From Felis catus (taxonomy: Eukaryota), in NCBI RefSeq assembly GCF_018350175.1, contig NC_058368.1:227604001-227668000 (forward strand): 64,000 nucleotides of DNA, in the 5' to 3' direction. This document shows, piece after piece, positions 1-61,935 of this stretch. Below the pieces are notes generated by a model. The model ran no database searches, had not been told where the DNA came from, and saw only the letters and a list, made by a program, of their open reading frames with translations. The position numbers and the translations under genes were made by a program. The first letter of the stretch is position 1. The number at the start of each line of letters is the position of its first letter.

Positions 1-337
1 GAAATACAAATCAAAACCATAGTTATGACCTCACACCTGTCAGAATGACTAAAATAAAAAATACAAGATGCAACAGGTGTTGGAGAGGATGTGGAGGAAA
101 AGAACTCTCCTGTGCTGCTGATGGGAATGCAAACTGGTACAGCCACTGTGGAGAGCAGAATGGAGGTTCTTCCAAAAGTTAAAAATAGATCTACTCTATG
201 ATCTAGGAATCACACTACTGGGTATTTACCAAAAAAATACCAAGACACTGATTCAAAGGGATACATGCACCCCTATGTTTACAGCAGCATAATCTACAAA
301 TTATGGAAGCAGCCAAGATGTGGTATGTATGTGTGTG

Positions 338-389
<52 letters not shown>

Positions 390-690
390 AATATTACTCA
401 GCCATAAAAAAGAATGAAATCTTGTCATCTGCAATAACACGGATGGAGCTGGAGAGTATAATGCTAAGTGAAAAAGACAAATATCATATGATTTTCACTC
501 ATATGTGGAATTTAAGAAGCAAAACAAATGAACAAAGGAAAAGAGAGAGAGAAACCAAGAAACAGACTCTTAACTACAGAGAACAGATGATGGTTACCAG
601 AATAGAGGGAGGTGGGGGGATGGGAGAGACGGGGAATGGGGATTAAAGAGTACACTATCATGATAAAAAAATTAAATTATTAAAAAGAAT
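1..690 (+). mobile_element. LINE-1 3' fragment (ORF2 C-terminus and 3'UTR), carnivore-type, with internal (CA)n
   Basis: Starts gaaatacaaatcaaaacc...ctcacacctgtcagaatg (ORF2 end); translates as [12 protein letters not shown]; ends in an A-rich tail. Confidence 0.9.
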
Positions 691-697
691 AAAGACA

Positions 698-895
698 TAA
701 AGTTACAGAGAGAGAGGGAAGCAAACCATAAGAGACTCTTAAGGACCGAGAAGAAACTGAGGGTGGATGGGGGGTAGGGGAGAGGGGAAAGTGGGTGATG
801 TCATGGAGGAGGGCACTTGCTGGCATGAGCACTGGGTGTTGTATGGAAACGAATCTGACAATATATTATATTTAAAAAATAAATAAATAAATAAA
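698..895 (+). mobile_element. Second, 5'-truncated (~190 bp) L1 3' end inserted in the tail of the first
   Basis: Distinct 3'UTR (gagcactgggtgttgtatggaaac...), (AAAT)n tail, flanking direct repeat AATAAAGACA at 688-697 and 890-899. Confidence 0.8.
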
Positions 896-2272
896 GACAA
901 AAATGGCTACATGATCCGACTATTCTTCCAAAATACCTGACAAAGGTTTCATCCTGCTAAAACAATAGAGCTTCCTTTTTCTAAAAAGCTGTTAAGGGTA
1001 TTAACAAAAACTTCTGTGCTTCTAAAATTTTACTTTGAATGGTGGGGGGCAAAGAATTGGGGGTAAAGGGAGGATCTAGCTCACTGGTCAGTGGCATATC
1101 TAACACCATAATTTCTGCTTTGCCTTTGTATTAAGCTGTTTACATGCAATAACGTCCTTGCTGGGAAGGTGGGCACTTTGGGTTATCCACCACTCCATGC
1201 TAAGCACCTATGACCAGGCACATTGAGTTAAATGAGCCCCAAAAAGATGCGGGATCATGCTGGACAATGAATACTGAAGGCAAGTAATTTGTGAAATCCC
1301 CAAATCAGACAAGCGTAATTTCTTTAAAGGTGTTTTAAGGACAAAGGTTTTGTTGTTTTTTTTTTTTGTTGTTGTTGTTGTTGTTTTTTAATGGCTTTGA
1401 TTCCAAAGCCATTTGATGTGATTAAATGTGCCACATGCTCTCAGTGCTTAGGCCTTAAATTATTCTAACTCTGCACAGAACCATGGTGTTGAGTTTCACC
1501 TGATGGCAAAGACCCAGGGTCATGTGAAAAACAGAAAAAAAAAAAGGGGGGGGGGGGGCGGGCAGCACTGGGCTGGGAGCTGACTCTATATTTACAAAGG
1601 CAATGATGTATAATTGCTAGTCAGGAGAATGACAACTAAAACAAGGCCATCTACAGGGCTTCACCTCAAAGATACAAGCTAAAATTTATTCTCATTTCCC
1701 AGACTTCCAGAGAAGGGCAGAGTATCACACATGGCAGTGCCCCAGCGTAAAGACAGAAACAAAGCTAATGTTCTCACAGCCTTGTGAGAAATTATACATA
1801 ACATCAAAAAGTACTCCCATCTCTTAATCAAGATGTATTTGGCACACATTTAACTACATTCTGGAGACCCAAAAAGCATTCTGTAAATTATATCAATAAG
1901 GCTCTATCCTCTTTCGTACTAAATAACCTCCCTGCAATATCTTTCCAAAAAAGATGACCTACATCTACAACAATGGGAATATAATTAATAAGCCTCCCAA
2001 TGGTCCTAGGGACAGTGCTATCTGTAAAAATTTTATTGGCAGGCTACTTTTGGAATCACATAAAAATGAGAAAAATAAATGACTAAAAAGGATTCAAAGA
2101 TTCAAAGATAATTTTTGTTTCACAGAGAGTAAAAGAAGCCGAAAAGTTTGTACCTTCTGTATAACATGATATTACACCTAAAATTACTATAAATTGTAAG
2201 TAATGTCATATACACATGTACATGCTAAAATCTTGGATCTTTTTTTAAAATTTTTTAATGTTTATTTTATTT

Positions 2273-2513
2273 ATTTTATTTTATTTTATTTTTTTTAAAT
2301 TTTTTTTTTTTAATGTTTATTTATTTTTGAGACAGAGAGAGACAGAGCATGAATGGGGGAGGGGCAGAGAGAGAGGGAAACACAGAATCGGAAGCAGGCT
2401 CCAGGCTCTGAGCCATCAGCCCAGAGCCCAACGCGGGGCTCGAACTCACGGACCGCGAGATCGTGACCTGGCTGAAGTCGGACGCTTAACCAACTGCGCC
2501 ACCCAGGCGCCCC
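2273..2513 (-). mobile_element. Young SINEC_Fc-type SINE nested in the tail of another SINEC
   Basis: tRNA-derived head ggggcgcctgggtggcgcag on minus; CpGs retained; TSD AATGTTTATTTTATTT at 2257-2272 and 2514-2529. Confidence 0.92.
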
Positions 2514-2712
2514 AATGTTTATTTTATTTTTGAGAGACAGACAGAGCATGAGTCGGGGAGGGGCAGAGAGAGAGGGAGACACAGAATCCGAAGTAGGCTC
2601 CAGGCTCTGAACTGTCAGCACAGAGCCCGATGCGGGTCAAGAACCCACGAATGGTGAGATCATGACCTGAGCTGAAGTCGGACGCTTAACTGACTGAACC
2701 ACCCAGGATCTC
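2514..2712 (-). mobile_element. SINEC (Fc2-like), host of the nested copy
   Basis: Typical SINEC body (ggctccaggctctga...gagatcatgacctgagctgaagtcggacgcttaac). Confidence 0.9.
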
Positions 2713-2862
2713 CTAGAAGAATCTTTCAATAACAGAAGAATATATAACAATATCCCACCATAAATATGACAGATAAACAGGAAAATACCGTATCATCAAA
2801 TAGGTGAAAGTTAGGAGTGATGCTGCATTTTATGTATACCAAATACAACTTAGAAGATTTCA

Positions 2863-53665
<50,803 letters not shown>

Positions 53666-54779
53666 CTGCACAAGAGAAAATCCAGAGAAATAGAAGGTGA
53701 ATTAGAAAAAACCCACCTGGCCATCACATATGGCAACTGAGTCACTTTGGAACACTCCAGATCACTGCTGCAAATTAAACAGAAAAAATATGAAGGGAAG
53801 AGATGAGTTAAGGAGTTCAGTATACCTCTATCAGCAGCCTTTTCCATTACTGTTCTAGATGGTTAAACTCTGAGCCTTCCCTCTGAAGCGGAGACAGGGT
53901 ATCTACAGGCAGCTGTGGCCGTCCCATGACTCACAGAGGGCTTTCGGCTTTGTGCTGCTGCACATCCAGAAGATAGCACACAGCACAAATGCCCACTTCA
54001 CTTTCCCTTCCAGGCTTATGACGGAGGGCAGAGTTCCAGTTTTGTCTTTCAGTATGACATACAGTTTTATAATTCCCCAAGTGCAAGTGGAAAGACTGGG
54101 TTCCAAGTACAAGTTGCTGTCTTCTTTAACATGTTTCTACTTACCGGTAATTCTGTGCTTCTCTCTCTTCTACTTAAGAACACATACTTTTTTGAGAAAA
54201 AGGAAATAACCATAATGGCTTATACAAACTAGCTAGAGTTTTAGAGAGCTTAAGGTTATGTGTAAATAGGTATCTAAAATACCCTGAAAATTACTCCATT
54301 TTGATCCATGATAAATGAAAGGCTGCAAATGGGTTCCCCAAATAAAGAGGTGTACCAGAGAGGCGCCCCTGCTCATGGCAATGCTGGAGAGAGGGCAGGC
54401 CGGCAGGGGCCGGGGGCAGCCAAGAGTGGGAGGGCTTCAGCGACATGCAAGAACAGAGGGAAGGCCCGTAGAGCAGGCTGAGGTCCCTTTTAGAAACAGG
54501 CTGAGTCCTCTGTCCTTCTCGAACATGTCAGTCCTGCAGCTGAGCAGGAGCAGCGTCTCATCAGTGGACAGAGTGTGGGGCAGTGTCCCTGCAGAAAGCC
54601 TGTGCCTGGGAAGGATGAGGGCACCCCTGCATGGGCAGCCTCCCACTGGGGGGACATCCATCTACTGAAACAACACAGTAAGGATAAGGAGGGGCAGTGT
54701 CCTTAGTTCAGAAAAGGGAGTTACAGATGTGGAAAAGGAGAAAAGCTGAGCTAGCCCTACAGTACCAGGCTGGAATTAG

Positions 54780-54834
54780 ACGGATGCGTGTGATACATGG
54801 TTCTACAGACACATGTGGGAATGTCTGTGTTTGT

Positions 54835-54882
<48 letters not shown>

Positions 54883-55870
54883 TCCTCTTTCCCTCCTCCA
54901 ATGAGAAGGCCCAGGAGTAGCCACGGCCCAACAGCAGTTAAGCATTCCTAGTACCCAGATTTCTACCTGGAATGGCCATTCTCCTCTACAAGGAACCAGG
55001 GCTCTTGGAGATATGGCTGACTCGAGGTTGGGATGGGACAAAGCACAAGATGAGCCTGAAATATCTTATTGTATCCAGAAGGAAGGAGATGCTTGAGAAC
55101 AATGTGGGTAGGTCAGGCCACAGAGGTTAGCTTGAGGGGGCTCCCACTGGCCAAATCAGGGACGATTTGAGAGTAAACAGTGAGACTAACAGAGTATAAG
55201 CCACCAATGCAAAGGAAAGCACGAGTCCATACGGACATAAGTAAATAAATAAAACTAGACGAGGAACAGGATATTTATAGAATTTCAAAGGAGCTCCCCA
55301 CTAAGTGCTTGTTAATTACCGAGGGGGAGAGACTCATCCCACAGTGGAGAAGCCTGGCAGACACCACTTCAACCCAGAAGCCAACGCAAGGACCACAGGT
55401 AGCGGGACAAATGAAAACCGGGTGCCGCCCAATGGGACAGCACAAGGACACGGCAGCGTGTCTAGGACACACCCAGCCGAAGACATATAACTGGAGTCTA
55501 ATCATGAGGAAGCATCAGGCAAACCCAAAGGGAGGAGCATTCTCCAAAATAATGGGCCTGAAATCCTCCAAAGGTCAGAAAAGTTTAGGCACGACCAAGG
55601 AGGTGCTACCAACGCAAGGACCTTGGAAATGCGACCACTTGATGCCACCGGTGATTGTGCACCGGGTCCTTCAGCCGTAAGGACATGCCGGGGGCTGAGG
55701 GTTAGAAGGTAGGCACGTCGCAGTGCTAGCCTCCTGATTCTGACAGTGATATGTGGGTGCACAGAACAGCGTCCCTCCTTGGTGGGAAAAGGACGCTAAA
55801 GTCAGCAGTTCAAGGAGAGTTACGTTCTCTGTGCTATCTGTCCAATGTTCCTGCAAGTTGAAAAAAGATT
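54780..55870 (+). mobile_element. Old L1MC/MD-like fragment containing (AC)n at 54836-54877
   Basis: cagtggagaagcctggcagacaccact...ctggagtctaatcatgaggaagcatcaggcaaacccaaa is typical L1MC 3'UTR. Confidence 0.6.
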
Positions 55871-57314
55871 GAAGGCAGCTATAAATGCAGCATGGTAAGT
55901 ATGAGAGATGGTCTCAGTAAGGAGGACGCTGATGCACAGAAACAGAGGGAGGGGTTCCCCTGGCATCAGGGTGGGGGTGCAACGCCCCACCCCACACAGG
56001 CCACAAGCAGCATCTACGGGGAATTTAACCTTGACAATAAAAACTAACTGAAAGCAGTCTGTTCTGTTGTCATCAGCACAGGCTGGACACCCAGCTCTCC
56101 CAGCTCTCCACGAGCCACTGTCCTGAGCCCTTGCTGCACCTCGGGTGTGAGCCCGACCACAGCCCCTGCCGCAGGTAAGGAAATGAGGCCCGCCGGGCAG
56201 TCACGAGGCCCAGAGGACAAGGTTGGCGGGCGTGGGAGCAGGAGTCGGCCGGGTCTGAGGGTGCGGACTGTGTCCACGACTCCCCACGGACTGTTCGGCT
56301 CGCAGGAGCCCCCCTGGCAGGGCTTCAGGCAGCACCGTGAGCGTGCTGCTGCGGGGTAAGGTTCACCACTGCCTCTGCCCGTCAACGTCAACCGGAACCA
56401 CCATCTTCGGGGGACTTCTCTTTTTGGTATTCTTCACTATCAACACAGGATCTTTCAGAGTTCTCTTTAGAAATGAGCAAAGAGATGTCAAAGGATCCCT
56501 TAAAATATACTAATTATGACCAGAATTGGAAAATGCACATACATACATTTTGCATATTCTTTGGAAACAATTATCTGAAGTAATTCAAAAGCACAGTCAG
56601 TTCCCTGTCTGAATGCAGAACTTACCAGCGCATGAAGGGCTGTCTGTACATTCAACACAACATATTTGGAAGCTCAGTTATAACAATCCCTGCACAGAGA
56701 GACAGTGACACGGCCCACTTCAAAAGAGCTTTGGAAAGCAGAAGCGTGACTCTGGACCTCCGCATGGCCGAGACCCAGTCCAGCAGCCTGCCAGGGAGGA
56801 CCGTGACAAGAAGCCCTCCACACGCAGACATCACGCTGCTCAGGGCCTCCGGGTGCCAGGACGGAAGGACTCACGGCAGAGGCCAGAGCCCCAACACCAG
56901 TCACGTCACGGACTCGGTGCCCCTGAGCCACAGGCTGCAGACATTACTGCCTTACAGATGGATGAGGAGGCATAATGTCCTGATGAGGATGCTATTAACA
57001 ACAATAAAAAGTAAGGGCAGAAACTCTTGGAGGCAAGAGGAGCCTAAGCAGACAGGACAGCCACATGCAATGCGACATCCTGGAGGCGGCCCTAGAAACA
57101 GGGGGAAACTCAGGGAATCTGAACAAAGGAAGGGCTTCAGTTCACAGCAGCAGCTCAGTATCCGACAACTGTAACAAACGTGCCATAGTAAGAAAGTAAC
57201 CATAAGGGAAGCCGGGGACGGGGTATGGGAACTCTCCCCATCATTTTCACAACTTTTCGGTAAACCAAAAACTGGTCTAAAAAATAAAGTATATTTAAAA
57301 AATACACATGGTTA

Positions 57315-58515
57315 GCAATCCCCATCAAAATAACACCGGCATTGTTCACAAAGCTAGAACAAATAATTCTAAATTTGTATGGAACCACAAAAGATCCTGA
57401 ATAGCCAAAGTAATGTTGAAAAAGAAAACCAAAGCTGGAGGCATCACAATCCTGGACTTCAAGCTATACTACAAAGCTGTAATCATCAAGACAGTATGGT
57501 ACTGGCACAAGAACAGACACTCAGATCAATGGAACAGAATAGAGAACCCAGAAATGGACCCACAAACGTACGGCCGACTAATCTTTGACAAAACAGGAAA
57601 GAATATCCAATGGAATAAAGACAATCTCTTCAGCAAGTGGTGCTGGGAAAACTGGACAGCCACATGCAGAAAAATGAACCTGGACTACTTTTCTTACATC
57701 ATACACAAAAATAAACTCAAAATGGATGAAAGACCTAAATGTAAGACAGGAAGTCATCGAAATCCTAGAGAAGAAAGCAAGCAAAAAACCTCTTTGACCT
57801 CAGCCACAGCAACTTCTTACTCAACACGTCTCCGGAGGCAAGGGAAACAAAAGCAAAAATAAACTATTGGGACCTCATCAAAATAAAAAGCTTCTTTCTG
57901 CACAGCAAAGGAAACAATCAGCAAAACTAAAAGGCAATCAACAGGATGGGAGAAGATATTTGCAACGACATATCAGATAAAGGCTTAGTATCCAAAATCT
58001 ATAGAGAATTTACCAAACTCAACACCCAAAAGTCAAATAATCCAGTGAAGAAATGGGCAAAATACATGATATGGACACTTCTCCAAAGAAGACATCCAGA
58101 TGGCCAACCGACACATGAAAAAATGCTCAACATCACTCATCATCAGGGAAATACAAATCAAAACCACCATGAGATACCACCTCACACCTGTCAGAATGGC
58201 TAACATTAACAACTCAGGCAACAACAGATGTTGGCGAGGATGCGGAGAAAGAGGATCTCTTTCGCGTTGTTGGTGGCAATGCAAGCTAGTGCAGCCACTC
58301 TGGAAAACAGTATGGAGGGTCCTCAAAAAACTAAAAATAGAACTACCCTATGTCCCAGCAATTGCACTGCTAGGTATTTATCCAAAAGATACAGGTGTGC
58401 TGTTTCAAATGGGCACATGCACCCCAATGTTTATAGCAGCACTATCAACAATAGCCAAAATATGGAAAGAGCCCAAATGTCCATTGAGAGATGAATGGAT
58501 AAAGAAGATGTGGTA

Positions 58516-58560
<45 letters not shown>

Positions 58561-59055
58561 ATATATACGTATATACATATGTATATATATACACACACAT
58601 ATATATGTATATACATATGTATATATATACACACACATATATATGTATATACATATGTATATACACACACACACACACATACATATACAATGGAATATTA
58701 CTTGGCAATCAAAAAGAATGAAATCTTGCCATTTGCAACTACGTGGGTGGAACTGGAGGGTATTATGCTAAGCAAAATTAGTCAAAGACATCCTATGACT
58801 TCACTCATGTGAGGAATTTAAGATACAAAACAGATGAACACAAGGGAAGAGAAGCAAAAATAAAGTAAAAACAGGGAGGGGGACAAAACATAAAAGACTC
58901 TAAATATAGAGAACAGAGGGTTGTTGGAGGGGTTGTGTGGGGGGGGGGGGTGGGAATGGGCTAAATGGGTAAGGGGCATTAAGGAATCTACTCCTGAAAT
59001 CATTGTTGCACTATATGCTAACTAACTTGGATATAAACTTAAAAAATAAATAGAA
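57315..59055 (+). mobile_element. 5'-truncated carnivore LINE-1 (~1.7 kb): frameshifted ORF2 C-terminal part, 3'UTR and A tail
   Basis: ORFs give [28 protein letters not shown] and [19 protein letters not shown]...RCWRGC (L1 ORF2); frameshifts present; G-rich 3'UTR. Confidence 0.96.
58513..58688. repeat. Compound (TG)/(TA)/(CA) alternating purine-pyrimidine tract with an internal 38 bp unit x2
   Basis: gtatatacatatgtatatatatacacacacatatatat at 58569-58606 and 58607-58644. Confidence 0.95.
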
Positions 59056-59164
59056 AACAAAGAGAAAAATTTCATCAACAGGAAATTAAATAAACTGTGG
59101 TTTTTTAGTACAACAAAATATCATGTAGATATTAATAACCCCCCCAAAAAAATATATGTTTATG

Positions 59165-59493
59165 TAGTTGACCCTTGAACAACGCATGTTTGAACTGCAT
59201 GGGTCCAAACGTACATGAATTTTTTTTTTTTCTGATAAATACAGTACTGCAAACATACCTTCCTTATGTTTTATTAACATTTTCTTTTCTAGCTTACTTT
59301 AGCATAAGACTATGGTATAGAACACATACAACATACAAAATATGTTAATTGACTATTTATGTGATCAATCAGTAAGGCTTCCTGCCCACAGTAGGGCTAT
59401 TCGTGAAGTTTTGGGGAGTCAAAAGTTACATGTGTAATTTCAACTGCACGGAGGGCTGGGAACCCTCGCCCCATGTTGTTCAAGGTTCAGCTG
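59165..59493 (+). mobile_element. Tigger2a-like (TcMar-Tigger) non-autonomous DNA transposon
   Basis: Terminal inverted repeats tagttgacccttgaacaac / gttgttcaaggttcagctg; internal tttgaactgcatgggtcca. Confidence 0.8.
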
Positions 59494-59548
59494 CATGTGT
59501 GTATATGTATGCAACACATACATACATAAATAGCACATTTTCTTAAAA

Positions 59549-59919
59549 ATTTTAGTGTTATTTTTGAGAGAGAGAAACACAGAGTATGGTGGGGGAGGCG
59601 AAGAGAGGGAGAGAGACACAGAGTCTGAAGCAGGCTCCAGGCTTCAGCTGTCAGCACAGAGCTCGACGTGAGGCTCGAATTCACAAACTGTGAGATCATG
59701 ACCTGAGCAGAAGTTGCACGCTTAACCAACTGAGTCACCCAGGCGCCACACGCATAGCAGCTTTTTTTAAAAAAGCTTTCACCTGTTGGGGCACCTGGGT
59801 GGTTCAGTCAGTTAAGCATCTGACTCTAGGTTTTGGCCCAGGCCGTGACCTCACAGTTCATGAGACTGAGCTCCACGTCAGGCTCTGCCCTGGCCCTGAA
59901 AGTGCAGAGCCTGCTTGGG

Positions 59920-59954
<35 letters not shown>

Positions 59955-60010
59955 TCTTCCCTTCCCCACTTGCACACACTCTCTCTCAAAAATAAACATA
60001 CAAAAAAAAA
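59549..60010. mobile_element. Head-to-head SINEC pair (minus 59549-59747; plus 59788-60010)
   Basis: Opposite-orientation heads ~40 nt apart; the plus copy has TSD AAAAG(C/T)TTTCACCTGT. Confidence 0.9.
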
Positions 60011-61799
60011 GTTTTCACCTGTGAAACAATTCTTGAGCAGTTTCTACAATGACCTCACCCAGACGTCTTCCCGTGAGAGGCTGGCTCGGGGCCACTCGGT
60101 GCAGCCCCTGGGCACAGAGCAAGCTCTCCCTGCGAAGCTAACAGCATCAAGAGCCCCTGCTACAGAGGATCCCACACGCTGCCTACGAAGGTTCTCTGAC
60201 CATCGGAGGCTCAATGTGAGGTGACTTTTCTGGGGATGATGGCTTCATGGAGACCTCTGCTGCCCCCCACAGAGCCTCAACCGGGAGTGGCTCTGCATCT
60301 CTCAGCAGAGGATGACGGGGCTTCAGCACTGAAAGAAGCCAACAGAGGATCATGCTTAGGCTGCACACACACTTTTTTTAGGTGCTAAATCCTGTTTTCT
60401 ATTGTCACCACAGCCATGAAGTCGCTTACGTCGCATGTGTGATAGGAGGATCCAGACGTGATACTGCCTCCCAACACTGAACATTTTGTTTCTGAAGGCT
60501 TTTCCACCTCTTCTCCAGCAGGGAAGGATATCTGAGACAATAACTGCCACAAACGAACAAGTACATGTTTTAACTTTGAAGGACACTAAAGAGCATTTAC
60601 TCAGCCCCACTTCTCACTTCACACTTGAGGAAATGAGCCCACACGACGGATTCCATGGCTTTCCCTCAGGCCCCAGGAGGCGCTGGTGGAACCAGGGTCA
60701 GCATGCAGGGTCTCTGACACCCACGGCCTTCCTGCGGCCAGAACACACCCCGGACCCACGTGCCACAGAAGAAAACAGATTTCCAACGCGCTGATGGGCA
60801 TACTCATCACACACGCTGACCTCGGAGCCGCCGGCCCAGGCGCAGCAAGCCCCCCCGCGAGGACGGCGAGCACGCGAGGCGCAAAGGGGAAGTAACTTGC
60901 CCAAGTGAGTCAGGAGGGCCAGGATTGTACAGACAACAAATGCCCAGGCCAGGGTTCCTCTTGCAAGGGGAAATTCAGAACTTCAGTTTCTGCTCAAGGG
61001 GAGGTGGTGTCAGGGAGATGTTTTAGAGCCTGAAGAGGCCAGACCGCTCCTCCCTTCTGCCTGCCATCCTGTCTCCGAGGGCATCTCTCTGTGGGTCCAG
61101 TCCTTCCTCGGAGAGGTGGGCCACCATTCCCCGTGCTGAGGATTAGAGGAGACAGTGTAAGGGCTGGGCCAGGGTGAGGGCTGATCGGTTTCCTCTTTTC
61201 TGGAGAAGTAAATTAAAATTGCATAAGTGCTGGAACTCAGGAAACACTGCAGGGCAGTTCAGACCTTCCTTTCCCTACAGACCCTTGACTGCAACAGTCT
61301 GGGACTACCAGAAGATGGCCAGAGGCGACATTTACATAGAATCCAGTGAAAAAGATGGGTTTTCTTGATCTCATTTCAAGGAATAAACACTTCTATTCCA
61401 TTTCTTTTGTTTTAAAAAACAACAAAGTATGCATATGGAAAACTCTCGAGGTCTTTTATAATAATGTGATAAACAAGAATGGTGAGCCAGTACATCTACA
61501 ATCCGTACTAAAAACCCCAGTGTCCTTAATTGTTTAATCGGCCCATAAGTCCCGGGAATCAAAGCACAGGACACAAGCCTGCCCCCCACCCCGGCCAAAC
61601 AGGTGATACGGAGCTGAAATGCACTACAACATGATCAAACTCATAACGCTAAGAGCAGAACCGAAAAAGTCTATATGCCGTATATTTAGGTACAGCAAAA
61701 AAGCAGCTACTGACTGCTATCTACACGTGCTAGCGTTTTACCAGAGAAACAATTCTGTGGGGAGCAGAAAAGGGGAAGGTTCTAGGCAAGGAACTGACA

Positions 61800-61935
61800 C
61801 ATGAGCACCTGCTGAGTGCCAGGCATATTGTTTATGCAGTCTTATCCCAGCTACCTGGTGAAGGTAGCAATTATTGTTTTACAGGTAGGAAAACTGAGGC
61901 TTGGGTAGATTGAGGAACTTGCCCATGGTCATGAA
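61800..61935 (-). mobile_element. MIR
   Basis: ttttacaggtaggaaaactgaggctt...aacttgcccatggtca is the MIR core in antisense. Confidence 0.75.

Noticed and set aside
57379..58812. L1 ORF2-like ORFs as an active or domesticated gene
   Set aside because: 5'-truncated, multiply frameshifted and interrupted by a microsatellite; no endonuclease or complete RT domain.
60690..60815. Possible intronic C/D snoRNA (minus-strand GTGATGA ... CTGA)
   Set aside because: No terminal stem or recognisable rRNA/snRNA antisense element; such boxes occur by chance.
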